The notes under the pieces were generated by a model that searched no databases, was not told the origin of the DNA, and saw only the letters and a list, made by a program, of their open reading frames with translations. From Squalus acanthias (lineage: Eukaryota): a stretch of 64,000 nucleotides of DNA. The position numbers were made by a program, and so were the translations under genes. The stretch is from the NCBI GenBank assembly GCA_030390025.1, contig CM059438.1:54314001-54378000 (forward strand), read 5' to 3'. Below, piece by piece: positions 15,001 through 28,932 of this stretch (position 1 is the stretch's first letter; every line of letters begins with the position of its first letter).

Positions 15001-18000
15001 ATTAAACACAATTACTGGGAGTGCGATTAAACACAATCACTGGGAATGGGATTAAACACAATCACTGGGAGTGGGATTAAACACAATTACTGGGAGTGGG
15101 GTTAAACACATTTACTGGGAGTGGGATTAAACACAATCACTGGGAATGGGATTAAACACAATCACTGGGAGTGGGATTAAACACAATTACTGGGAGTGGG
15201 ATTAAACACAATCACTTTGAGTGGGATTAAACACAATCACTGGGAGTGGGATTAAACACAATCACTGGGAATGGGATTAAACACAATCACTGGGAATGGG
15301 ATTAAACACAATTACTGGGAGTGGGATTAAACACAATTACTGGGAGTGGGATTAAACACAATCACTGAGTGGGATTAAACACAATCACTGGGAGTGGGAT
15401 TAAACACAATTACTGGGAGTTCGATTAAACACATTTACTGGGAGTGCGATTAAACACAATTACTGGGTGTGGGATTAAACACATTTCCTGGGAGTGCGAT
15501 TAAACACAATTACTGGGTGTGGGATTAAACACATTTACTGGGAGTGGGATTAAACACATTTACTGGGTGTGGGATTAAACACATTTACTGGGAGTGCGAT
15601 TAAACACAATTACTGGGAGTGGGATTAAACACAATCACTGGGAGTGCGATTAAACACATTTACTGGGAGTGCGATTAAACACATTTACTGGGAGTGCGAT
15701 TAAACACAATCACTGGGAGTGCGATTAAACACATTTACTGGGAGTGGGATTAAACACAATCACTGGGAGTGCGATTAAACACAATTACTGGGAGTGGGAT
15801 TAAACACAATTACTGGGAGTGCGATTAAACACAATCACTGGGAGTGCGATTAAACACATTTACTGGGAGTGCGATTAAACACAATCACTGGGAGTGCGAT
15901 TAAACACATTTACTGGGAGTGGGATTAAACACAATCACTGGGAGTGCGATTAAACACAATTACTGGGAGTGCGATTAAACACATTTACTGGGAGTGCGAT
16001 TAAACACAATCACTGGGAGTGCGATTAAACACATTTACTGGGAGTGCGATTAAACACAATCACTGGGAGTGCGATTAAACACAATTACTGGGAGTGGGAT
16101 TAAACACAATTACTGGGAGTGCGATTAAACACAATCACTGAGAGTGGGATTAAACACAATCACTGGGAGTGCGATTAAACACAATCACTGGGAGTGGGAT
16201 TAAACACAATCACTGAGAGTGGGATTAAACACAATCACTGGGAGTGGGATTAAACACAATTACTGGGAGTGCGATTAAACACAATTACTGGGAGTGCGAT
16301 TAAACACAATCACTGAGAGTGGGATTAAACACAATCACTGGGAGTGGGATTAAACACAATCACTGGGAGTGGGATTAAACACAATTACTGGGTGTGGGAT
16401 TAAACACAATCACTGGGAGTGGGATTAAACACTATCACTGGGAGTGCGATTAAACACTATCACTGGGAGTGGGATTAAACAGAATCACTGGGAGTGGGAT
16501 TAAACAATCACTGGGAGTGGGATTAAACACAATCACTGGGAGTGGGGTTAAACAATCACTGGGAGCGGGATTAAACAATCACTGGGAGTGGGATTAAACA
16601 CAATCACTGGGAGCGGGATTAAACAGTCACTGGGAGTGGGATTAAACACAATCACTGGGAGTGGGATTAAACACAGTTACTGGGAGTGGGATTAAACACA
16701 ATTACTGGGAGTGGGATTAAACACTAACACTGGGAGTGGGATTAAACACAATCACTGGGAATGGGATTAAACACAATTACTGGGAGTGGGATTAAACACT
16801 ATCACTGGGAGTGGGATTAAACACAATCACTGGGAATGGGATTAAACACAATTACTGGGAGTGGGATTAAACACTATCACTGGGAGTGCGATTAAACACA
16901 ATCACTGGGAGTGGGATTAAACAATCACTGGGAGTGGGATTAAACACAATCACTGGGAGTGGGATTAAACAATCACTGGGAGCGGGATTAAACAATCACT
17001 GGGAGTGGGATTAAACACAATCTCTGGGAGCGGGATTAAACAGTCACTGGGAGTGGGATTAAACACAATCACTGGGAGCGGGATTAAACAATCACTGGGA
17101 GTGGGATTAAACACAATTACTGTGAGTGGGATTAAACACAATCACTGGGAGTGGGATTAAACACAATTACTGGGAGTGGGATTAAACACAATCACAGGGA
17201 GTGGGATTAAACACAATTACTGGGAGTGGGATTAAACACAATTACTGGGAGTGGGATTAAACACAATTACTGGGAGTGGGATTAAACAATTACTGGGAGT
17301 GGGATTAAACACAATCACTGGGAGTGGGATTAAACATAATTACTGGGAGTGGGATTAAACACAATTACTGGGAGTGGGATTAAACACAATCACTGGGAGT
17401 GGGATTAAACACAATTACTGGGAGTGGGATTAAACACAATTACTGGGAGTGGGATTAAACACAATTACTGGGAGTGCGATTAAACACAATTACTGGTAGT
17501 GGGATTAAACACAATTACTGGGAGTGGGATTAAACACAATTACTGGGAGTGGGATTAAACACAATTACTGGGAGTGCGATTACGCACAATTACTGGGAGT
17601 GCGATTAAGCACAATCACTGGGAGTGGGATTAAACACAATTACTGGGAGTGGGATTAAACACAATCACTGGGAGTGCGATTAAACACAATTACTGGGAGT
17701 GGGATTAAACACAATCACTGGGAGTGGGATTAAACACAATTACTGGGAGTGGGATTAAACACAATCACTGGGAGTGCGATTAAACAGAATTACTGGGAGT
17801 GGGATTAAACACAATTACTGGGAGTGGGATTAAACACAATTACTGGGAGTGGGATTAAACACAATCACTGGGAGTGCGATTAAACACAATTACTGGGAGT
17901 GCGATTAAACACAATCACTGGGAGTGCGATTAAACACAATTACTGGGAGTGGGATTAAACACAATCACTGGGAGTGGGATTAAACACAATCACTGGGAGT

Positions 18001-21000
18001 GGGATTAAACACAATCACTGGGAGTGCGATTAAACACAATTACTGGTAGTGCGATTAAACACAATCACTGGGAGTGCGATTAAACACAATTACTGGGAGT
18101 GGGATTAAACAATCACTGGGAGTGCGATTAAACACAATTACTGGGAGTGCGATTAAACACAATTACTGGGAGTGGGATTAAACACAATTACTTTGAGTGC
18201 GATTAAACACAATTACTGGGAGTGCGATTAAACACAATTACTGGGAGTGGGATTAAACACAATTACTGGGAGTGCGATTAAACACAATTACTGGGAGTGG
18301 GATTAAACACAATTACTGGGAGTGCGATTAAACACAATTACTGGGAGTGCGATTAAACACAATCACTGGGAGTGGGATTAAACACAATTACTGGGAGTGC
18401 GATTAAACACCATTACTGGGAGTGGGATTAAACACAATTACTGGGAGTGCGATTAAACACAATTACTGGGAGTGCGATTAAACACAATCACTGGGAGTGG
18501 GATTAAACACAATTACTGGGAGTGCGATTAAACACAATTACTGGGAGTGCGATTAAACACAATTACTGGGAGTGCGATTAAACACAATCACTGGGAGTGG
18601 GATTAAACACAATCACTGGGTGTGGGATTAAACACAATTACTGGGAGTGCGATTAAACACAATCACTGGGAGTGGGATTAAACACAATTACTGGGAGTGC
18701 AATTAAACACAATCACTTTGAGTGGGATTAAATACAATCACTGGGAGTGGGATTAAACACAATTACTGGGAGTGCGATTAAACACAATTACTGGGTGTGG
18801 GATTAAACACAATCACTGGGTGTGCGATTAAACACTATCACTGGGAGTGGGATTAAACAGAATCACTGGGAGTGGGATTAAACACAATCACTGGGAGTGG
18901 GATTAAACACAATCACTGGGAGTGGGATTAAACACAATCACTGGGAGTGGGATTAAACACAATTACTGGGAGTGGGATTAAACACAATTACTGGGAGTGG
19001 GATTAAACACAATCACTGGGAGTGGGATTAAACACAATCACTGGGAGTGGGATTAAACACAATTACTGGGAGTGGGATTAAACACAATTACTGGGAGTGG
19101 GATTAAACACAATTACTGGGAGTGGGATTAAACACAATTACTGGGAGTGGGATTAAACACAATTACTGGGAATGGGATTAAACACAATTACTGGGAGTGG
19201 GATTAAACACAATTACTGGGAGTGGGATTAAACACAATCACTCTGGAATGGGATTAAACACAATTACTGGGAGTGGGATTAAACACAATTACTGGGAATG
19301 GGATTAAACACAATTACTGGGAGTGGGATTAAACACAATTACTGGGAGTGGGATTAAACACAATCACTGGGAATGGGATTAAACACAATTACTGGGAATG
19401 GGATTAAACACAATTACTGGGAATGGGATTAAACACAATTACTGGGAGTGGGATTAAACACAATCACTGGGAATGGGATTAAACACAATTACTGGGAGTG
19501 GGATTAAACACAATCACTTGGAGTGGGATTAAACACAATCACTGGGAGTGGGATTAAACACAATCACTGGGAGTGGGATTAAACACAATCACTGGGAGTG
19601 CGATTTGACACAATTACTGGGAGTGGGATTAAACAATCACTGGGAGTGCGGTTAAACACAATCACTGGGAGTGGGATTAAACACAATCACTGGGAGTGCG
19701 ATTAAACACAATCACTGGGAATGGGATTAAACACAATTACTGGGAATGGGATTAAACACAATCACTGGGAGTGCGATTAAACACAATTACTTGGAATGGG
19801 ATTAAACACAATCACTGGGAATGGGATTAAACACAACTACTGGGAATGGGATTAAACACAATTACTGGGAGTGGGATTAAACACAATCACTGGGAATGGG
19901 ATTAAACACAATCACTGGGAGTGGGATTAAACACAATCACTGGGAGTGGGATTAAACACAATCACTGGGAGTGCGATTAAACACAATTACTGGGAATGGG
20001 ATTAAACACAATTACTGGGAGTGGGATTAAACACAATCACTGGGAATGGGATTAAACACAATTACTGGGAGTGGGATTAAACACAATCACTGGGAGTGGG
20101 ATTAAACACAATCACTGGGAGTGGGATTAAACACAATTACTGGGAGTGGGATTAAACACAATCACTGGGAGTGGGATTAAACACAATCACTGGGAGTGGG
20201 ATTAAACACAATTACTGGTAGTGCGATTAAACACAATTACTGGGAATGGGATTAAACACAATTACTGGGAGTGGGATTAAACACAATCACTGGGAATGGG
20301 ATTAAACACAATCACTGGGAATGGGATTAAACACAATTACTTGGAATGGGATTAAACACAATTACTGGGAGTGCGATTAAACACAATTACTGGGAGTGGG
20401 GTTAAACACAATTACTTGGAATGGGATTAAACACAATCACTGGGAATGGGATTAAACACAATTACTGGGAATGGGATTAAACACAATTACTGGGAGTGGG
20501 ATTAAACACAATCACTGGGAATGGGATTAAACACAATTACTGGGAGTGGGATTAAACACAATCACTGGGAGTGGGATTAAACACAATCACTGGGAGTGCG
20601 ATTTGACACAATTACTGGGAGTGGGATTAAACAATCACTGGGAGCGGGATTAAACAATCACTGGGAGTGGGATTAAACACTATCACTGGGAGTGCGGTTA
20701 AACACAATCACTGGGAGTGCGATTAAACACAATCACTGGGAGTGGGATTAAACACAATCACTGGGAGTGGGATTAAACACAATTACTGTGAGTGGGATTA
20801 AACACAATTACTGGGAGTGGGATTAAACACAATCACTGGGAGTGCGATTAAACACAATTACTGGGAGTGGGATTAAACACAATCACTGGGAGTGGGATTA
20901 AACACAATCACTGGGAGTGGGATTAAACACAATCACTGGGAGTGGGATTAAACACTATCACTGGGAGTGGGATTAAACACTATCACTGGGAGTGGGATTA

Positions 21001-24000
21001 AACACAATCACTGAGAGTGGGATTAAACACAATCACTGGGAGTGGGATTAAACACAATCACTGGGTGTGGGATTAAACACAATCACTGGGAGTGGGATTA
21101 AACACTATCACTGGGCGTGGGATTAAACACAATCACTGGGAGTGGGATTAAACACTCACTGGGAGTGGGATTAAACACTATCACTGGGAGTGGGATTAAA
21201 CACAATCACTGGGAGTGGGATTAAACAATCACTGGGAGTGGGATTAAACAATCACTGGGAGTGGGATTGAACACAATCACTGGGAGTGGGATTAAACACA
21301 ATCACTGGGTGTGGGATTAAACACAATCACTGGGAGTGGGATTAAACACACAATTACTGGGAGTGCGATTAAATACAATTACTGGAAGTGGGATTAAACA
21401 CAATCACTGGGAGTGGGATTAAACACAATTACTGGGAGTGCGATTAAACACAATTACTGGAAGTGGGATTAAACACAATCACTGGGAGTGCGATTAAACA
21501 CAATTACTGGAAGTGGGATTAAACACAATCACTGGGAGTGGGATTAAACACAATTACTGGGAGTGGGATTAAACACAATTACTGGAAGTGGGATTAAACA
21601 CAATAACTGGGAGTGGGATTAAACAATCACTGGGAGTGCGATTAAACACAAGTACTGGGAGTGGGATTAAACACAATTACTGGGAGTGGGATTAAACACA
21701 ATCACTGGGACTGGGATTAAACACAATTACTGGGAGTGGGATTAAACACATTTACTGGGACTGGGATTAAACACAAGTACTGGGAGTGGGATTAAACACA
21801 ATTACTGGGAGTGCGATTAAACACATTTACTGGGAGTGGGATTAAACACAATCACTGAGAGTGGGATTAAACACAATTACTGGGAGTGCGATTAAACACA
21901 TTTACTGGGAGTGGGATTAAACACAATCACTGGGAGTGCGATTAAACACAATCACTGGGAGTGCGATTAAACACAATCACTGGGAGTGGGATTAAACACA
22001 ATCACTGGGAGTGGGATTAAACACATTTACTGGGAGTGCGATTAAACACAATTACTGGGAGTGGGATTAAACACAATCACTGGGAGTGCGATTAAACACA
22101 ATCACTGGGAGTGGGATTAAACACAATCACTGGGAGTGGGATTAAACACAATTACTGGGAGTGGAATTAAACACAATTACTGGGAGTGGGATTAAACACA
22201 ATTACTGGGAGTGCGATTAAACACAATCACTGGGAGTGGGATTAAACACAATTACTGGGAGTGGAATTAAACACAATTACTGGGAGTGGGATTAAACACA
22301 ATTACTGGGTGTGGGATTAAACACAATCAGTGGGAGTGGGATTAAACACAATCACTGGGAGTGGGATTAAACACAATTACTGGGAGTGGGATTAAACACA
22401 ATTACTGGGAGTGAGGTTAAACACAATCACTGGGACTGGGATTAAACACAATCACTGGGAGTGGGATTAAACACAATTACTGGGAGTGGGATTAAACACA
22501 ATCACTGGGAGTGCGGTTAAACACAATCACTGGGAGTGCGGTTGAACACAATCACTGGGAGTGCGATTAAACACAATCACTGGGAGTGGGATTAAACACA
22601 ATTACTGGGAGTGGGATTAAACACAATTACTGGGAGTGGGATTAAACACAATTACTGGGAGTGCGATTAAACACATTTACTGGGAGTGCAATTAAACACA
22701 ATCACTGGGAGTGCGATTAAACACAATCACTGGGTGTGGGATTAAACACAATCACTGGGAGTGGGATTAAACACAATTACTGTGAGTGGGATTAAACACA
22801 ATTACTGGGAGTGGGATTAAACACAATCACTGGGAGTGCGATTAAACACAATTACTGGGAGTGGGATTAAACACAATCACTGGGAGTGGGATTAAACACA
22901 ATCACTGGGAGTGGGATTAAACACAATCACTGGGAGTGGGATTAAACACTATCACTGGGAGTGGGATTAAACACTATCACTGGGAGTGGGATTAAACACA
23001 ATCACTGAGAGTGGGATTAAACACAATCACTGGGAGTGGGATTAAACACAATCACTGGGTGTGGGATTAAACACAATCACTGGGAGTGGGATTAAACACT
23101 ATCACTGGGCGTGGGATTAAACACAATCACTGGGAGTGGGATTAAACACTCACTGGGAGTGGGATTAAACACAATCACTGGGAGTGGGATTAAACACTGT
23201 CACTGGGAGTGGGATTAAACACAATCACTGGGAGTGGGATTAAACACAATCACTGGGAGTGGGATTAAACAATCACTGGGAGTGGGATTAAACAATCACT
23301 GGGAGTGGGATTGAACACAATCACGGGGAGTGGGATTAAACACAATCACTGGGTGTGGGATTAAACACAATCACTGGGAGTGGGATTAAACACACAATTA
23401 CTGGGAGTGCGATTAAATACAATTACTGGAAGTGGGATTAAACACAATCACTGGGAGTGGGATTAAACACAATTACTGGGAGTGCGATTAAACACAATTA
23501 CTGGAAGTGGGATTAAACACAATCACTGGGAGTGCGATTAAACACAATTACTGGAAGTGGGATTAAACACAATCACTGGGAGTGGGATTAAACACAATTA
23601 CTGGGAGTGGGATTAAACACAATTACTGGAAGTGGGATTAAACACAATAACTGGGAGTGGGATTAAACAATCACTGGGAGTGCGATTAAACACAAGTACT
23701 GGGAGTGGGATTAAACACAATTACTGGGAGTGGGATTAAACACAATCACTGGGACTGGGATTAAACACAATTACTGGGAGTGGGATTAAACACATTTACT
23801 GGGACTGGGATTAAACACAAGTACTGGGAGTGGGATTAAACACAATTACTGGGAGTGCGATTAAACACATTTACTGGGAGTGGGATTAAACACAATCACT
23901 GAGAGTGGGATTAAACACAATTACTGGGAGTGCGATTAAACACATTTACTGGGAGTGGGATTAAACACAATCACTGGGAGTGCGATTAAACACAATCACT

Positions 24001-24825
24001 GGGAGTGCGATTAAACACAATCACTGGGAGTGGGATTAAACACAATCACTGGGAGTGGGATTAAACACATTTACTGGGAGTGCGATTAAACACAATTACT
24101 GGGAGTGGGATTAAACACAATCACTGGGAGTGCGATTAAACACAATCACTGGGAGTGGGATTAAACACAATCACTGGGAGTGGGATTAAACACAATTACT
24201 GGGAGTGGAATTAAACACAATTACTGGGAGTGGGATTAAACACAATTACTGGGAGTGCGATTAAACACAATCACTGGGAGTGGGATTAAACACAATTACT
24301 GGGAGTGGAATTAAACACAATTACTGGGAGTGGGATTAAACACAATTACTGGGTGTGGGATTAAACACAATCAGTGGGAGTGGGATTAAACACAATCACT
24401 GGGAGTGGGATTAAACACAATTACTGGGAGTGGGATTAAACACAATTACTGGGAGTGAGGTTAAACACAATCACTGGGACTGGGATTAAACACAATCACT
24501 GGGAGTGGGATTAAACACAATTACTGGGAGTGGGATGAAACACAATCACTGGGAGTGCGGTTAAACACAATCACTGGGAGTGCGGTTGAACACAATCACT
24601 GGGAGTGCGATTAAACACAATCACTGGGAGTGGGATTAAACACAATTACTGGGAGTGGGATTAAACACAATTACTGGGAGTGGGATTAAACACAATTACT
24701 GGGAGTGCGATTAAACACATTTACTGGGAGTGCAATTAAACACAATCACTGGGAGTGCGATTAAACACAATCACTGGGTGTGGGATTAAACACAATCAGT
24801 GGGAGTGGGATTAAACACACAATCA
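1..24825. repeat. 25-bp tandem satellite, consensus ACTGGGAGTG(G/C)GATTAAACACAAT(C/T), ~990-1000 monomers, runs off the left edge
   Basis: TACTG recurs at 1, 26, 51 and onward without spacers. There are 23- and 27-bp indel variants, and an abrupt end at ...ACACACAATCA (24825). Confidence 0.99.
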
Positions 24826-25157
24826 GATTTTGATAGATTATCGATAGCAAGTGATTTGCTGGCAATATAAAAGTGCATTGAGTTGTTAATTGTATTGTTT
24901 GAACTTGCTGTAAGACTGAAGTGTCTCCATTAATTATTGCTCTGCTCTTTGACCATTGTGCAGAGGAACTGTTGCCAAAGACCATTAGCCAAGTAATAAA
25001 AGCTTTATTAGCCGAGAGCTGACAGGAAGATTCTCTGTGCCCATAGGCAGAGCTTTCGGACTTCTCCTGTGGTTTTTTAGTTTTTCATGTTGTCTGCTAG
25101 ACCAGAGTAACGTGCATTACAAAATTAGAGGCTGGAAGTGACTAACCCAAGCAGTTA

Positions 25158-25397
25158 AAAATAAAAACAGAAAATGCTGGAAATACTCAGCAGGTCAGGC
25201 AGCATCTGTGGAGAGAGAAACAGAGTTAATGTTTCAGTTTGATGACCCTTCGTCAGACCTGTTCTGACGAAGGGTCATCGACCTGAAACGTTAGCTCTGT
25301 TTCTCTCTCCACAGATGCTGCCTGACCTGCTGAGTATTTCAAGCATTTTCTGTTTTTATTTCAGACTTCCAGCATCCGCAGTATTTTGCTTTTGTAT
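25158..25397. mobile_element. Short palindromic (inverted pLTR-like) Penelope-derived non-autonomous element with 15-bp TSD
   Basis: About 100-bp arms (25158-25257 / 25263-25361) are near reverse complements around a CCTGT centre. Flanked by TAACCCAAGCAGTTA (25143-25157) and TAACCCAAGTAGTTA (25398-25412). The Penelope assignment rests on the hammerhead motif. Confidence 0.75.
25261..25295 (+). ncRNA. Minimal type I hammerhead ribozyme motif (Penelope-associated type)
   Basis: GTT-CTGACGA (25264-25270), stem II AGGGTC-ATC-GACCT (25271-25284), GAAAC (25285-25289), GTT triplet (25290-25292), then AGC pairing with the upstream GTT. Palindromic AACGTT replaces stem III. Confidence 0.65.
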
Positions 25398-25466
25398 TAA
25401 CCCAAGTAGTTATGTTGATGTTCACTTTGGATAATCGTAGAGACTTTGAAATCTTCAGTGTGATGT

Positions 25467-25590
25467 ACATAGGCGCCGAGGTAGGCCATTCAGCCCCTCG
25501 AGCCTGCTCCACCATTCAGTTAGATCATGGTTAATCTGCACCGCAACTCCATTTACCCATCTTTGCTCCATATCCCTTGATGCCCTTACC
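25467..25590 (-). mobile_element. CR1 LINE 3'-UTR fragment
   Basis: GTAGGCCATTCAGCCCCTCGAGCCTGCTCCACCATTCA matches the CR1 3' ends at 30870 and 40400. Confidence 0.8.
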
Positions 25591-25668
25591 TTATAATGTG
25601 ATTGTGTTTCATTACATTACTGGGCTGAGCCACAGGCCTTTAATGAATTAAAATAATTAATCCTTAAA

Positions 25669-26067
25669 GTTCAGAGACCTGAACACAAAAATCTAGGCTG
25701 ACACTCCAGTGCACTACTGAGGGAGTGCTGCACTGTCGGAGGTCGGTCTTTCAGATGAGACGTTAAACCTAGGCCCTGTCTGCCCTCTGATGTGGACTTA
25801 AAAGATCCCACAGCTATATTTAGAAGAAGAGCAGGAGTTATCCCCGGTGTCCTGGCCAATATTTATCCCTCGTTCAACATCACTAAAACAGATGATCTGG
25901 TCATTATCACATTGCTGTTTGTGGGACCTTCCTGTGCGCAAATTGGCTGCCGCGTTTCCTACAATTACAACAGTGACTACACTTCAAAAGTACTTTATTG
26001 GATGTAAAGCGCTTTGAGACATCCTGAAGTCGTGAAAGGCGCCATATAAATCTAAGTCTTTCTTTCT
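25669..26067 (+). mobile_element. Deu-domain SINE (SacSINE1/AmnSINE1-like), 5'-truncated
   Basis: Recognised core TGAGGGAGTGCTGCACTGTCGGAGG...CCTGGCCAATATTTATCCCTC, an L2-like tail GTGAAAGGCGCCATATAAAT, and (TCTT)n. Confidence 0.8.
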
Positions 26068-27028
26068 TAATGAACTGCTATGGAGTTGTGTTTAGAAGTG
26101 ATGTCGGTGATAATGAATTACATTTCAAATATTTAAAACAGGTTGGAAACTTTAAAATCCCTTATACAGTCATTTGGAAATAAAACCATTACTTCCTGCT
26201 TGCTTATTCTTCTGCTTGAAAAGTGAAGGTTTCAGACTGATGGCAATGAATTGGAAAATGTAAATCTTACTACAGTATATGATATGTAATTATTTCTGGT
26301 CTTTTGAAAATGAAGGCAAAGATAGCATTGAACATTCAAAAGATAGGATAAGATTAGAACTTATCCCATAAGATACAAAGGACTGCAGGATTCCCTTAGC
26401 AAATGTGTCCGAGAGCCGTATCATCTCTTCAATTTGAAACTGAAATGTTGCTAAACCCCTAGTATGTCACAGAGCCTTATAAATCAACTCTGGATTTTCT
26501 ACATAAGCTCAAATACCTGCTGAAGGTTTTCATGCTGCATCAGATAGTACCATGATGACTGGAGAGAATAAAGTTTGCAATTGCACGTGCATCTTTGCAG
26601 GCTTTCTAGTTTCTTTCCCAATGAGAGAATCCCATACAGTAAGACTAATTCTACTGCTTTCAGTGACAAAACAGTGACTCAAGACACTGCAAAACTACTG
26701 AATAATCAGCCCATTCTCTCACCTATAAGCAGACTTCTAGTCCTCACTTTATTGAACAGCTCCATCGTTATATGGAAACTAAAAGGTCATCCTTTGGAAA
26801 AATATAACTCTTGTCATAACCTAGAACTGTGATGTGTGTTTCAGCATAAATCAAGTTCAATTTTCAGTGAAGGAGGTCCTCTACCTTATATTTCCCTTTG
26901 CATTTACAGATGTAACATGTTAAATATAGGATAACACATAAGTGGTTGTGTGCTTGGAACAGGAAGGGGTTCTGGTATTAAACCTCAGCATGGAAGTAAG
27001 GGATATATTGGTGCTGCTTTGTACTTTA

Positions 27029-27299
27029 TCTATATAATATATTAAAATCTGTACATGGGTTGCACATTCCACTGAAAATGCTATGTAAACATTTCTTATG
27101 GGGATTCTTGTGTTAAAATGTCTCCAGGTAGTTATTACTCTTTGCTTGTCAATTTTTCCCTGTGATGCCAGTCGTTGGCGCTGTATTAGGAGTTTCCCAG
27201 ATTAGTTCTTGAGACAGGTAATACCTGGCTATAACAGTACCACATGCTGCTGAGGAGCCAAAGCTTTTGTTGAGCCCCATCTGTTGTCTCCACAGCAAG
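27029..27299 (+). mobile_element. Possible non-autonomous Helitron-like relic
   Basis: Starts A|TCTATATAATATATTAAAA and ends CACAGCAAG|T. 27039-27125 is similar to 28933-29020. Confidence 0.35.
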
Positions 27300-27471
27300 T
27301 ATTTTTAATTTAAATGTTGATAATTAAAATTAATTTTTAGTCATAGCTTCTTAGGTGTTGCTGAGAGTAGACTTAAATTTTCCCTCGTCTCCCACGATGC
27401 TGGCCCAGGCCTGCAAGTGCAAAATGATACTGCTTTAAATTTGAATTTAGAAATATCATTAAAATGTTTAC

Positions 27472-28218
27472 GGGCCGGAATTTGCGGTGGGTAATAACGG
27501 CCAATTAATAGTGTCTCAGTTATGATCCCATTGAAACTGACTGCAACTTCAAGATGTCGCGCATGCGCATCTACACACAGGAATCCTGAAATTGCTCACT
27601 GCTCCGATATTGGCTGCGCTGTGTGCCCCCCGCTTATAGCCAGCAATCAGTGTAATCAGTGAAACTGACGAAAACTTGGACTTTTCCGCGGGAATATCGC
27701 TGTTAAATACCCCATTAAATTTTAGGCCTTGTTGAATTAGGTGTATCTGGGGTTTTAACAGCGTATTGACTGCGAAATAAATGTTATGGCCCTGAAAAAC
27801 TAATTTTAATTTTGTAGAGTATCAAATTTCTCCATTATGATGATAATTACAATTTTTAAGAAACTTTTTTTTAAAACTTTTATTTTTTAAAAGTTTGTTC
27901 ATGATTATTTTAGGCTCTACCTTATTCCCATGTGAGAGCCCCAATCTTTGTTTTGCTCTCTGTAACATTTTTAAAAAGTTGGTATAAAAGCAGATTCTCG
28001 TTTCCTGCTTCCCTGTCTGAGAATTCTGCATTGTGATTGGCAGCTAAAACAGCTTGTTAACGTCACAGCAAATTGCGTTAGGGATTCCCCATTATAGAGC
28101 ACTGCAATCTCTTGCGAAAAAGGCAAACTTCTCGCCACAGAGAAGATCTCTGTGCACAGCATTCTTTGGGGCCAGTGGCGAACATCTTTGCTTCGCCACT
28201 GACCGCAAATTCCGGGCC
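27472..28218. mobile_element. MITE with 17-bp terminal inverted repeats (probably PIF/Harbinger type)
   Basis: Left GGGCCGGAATTTGCGGT, right ACCGCAAATTCCGGGCC (1 mismatch). Flanks TAC / TAT. No coding capacity. Confidence 0.8.
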
Positions 28219-28932
28219 TATATATTTGTAATATTTTGTCTCTTATATTTAGATTTGCACCCCACTGCCTCGGTGGACCCAATGTGCCGTGTTTCCCAAC
28301 CCATTGGTTGAGTCCTTACATCCACTCCTTCCCCCTACCCCGCCCTGATGTGTCCAACTGAGCCCCATATATCCCACCCCATACAGATCACCATTTCCCA
28401 GCTCCATCCCTGAGCCTTTTGGAATTTTTGTTTCCATGTATCCTTCCCAACTCTTTTAGCAACTCTGCTGCTGGTTCCTAGCCCCAGCCCAACTCTTCAA
28501 AGGTTTTTCTTTGGATGTTCTCTAACTCCCTAGCCCTCCTGGCTTTTTATTTTTCTAGCCCTACCAATTCCCAGCCCCAGCCTGGTCCTAACTCATGAAA
28601 ATGTTTGCTTCCCTGCAGCTTCCAACCCCAGTCGCAAACATTATTTGTGGCTCTCTTCGCTCCACCGATTTTTCTATCTGCTTTTGGGGCTCCAACAGGG
28701 ATGGACAGCCATGTATTTACCAACCGGCCGCTGTACGGGGGGGATAGATGACCGAGAATTTCTTAGAACACCTACTATCAAAAAAAAAATGAAAATATTC
28801 AAACAGAGCAATATAAACACACAGATCAGCAAGAAAGAGAAGGAGAAGGAAACAAGCAGAGCATGAGGCACACACAAAGGCAACGGTATCCTCCAATTTA
28901 CCGTTTGCAATGCCAGAGGAGTTCTACAAGTA

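Noticed and set aside
1..24825. CRISPR array or telomeric repeat
   Set aside because: No unique spacers and no cas genes. GGGATT is the mirror of TTAGGG, not its reverse complement.
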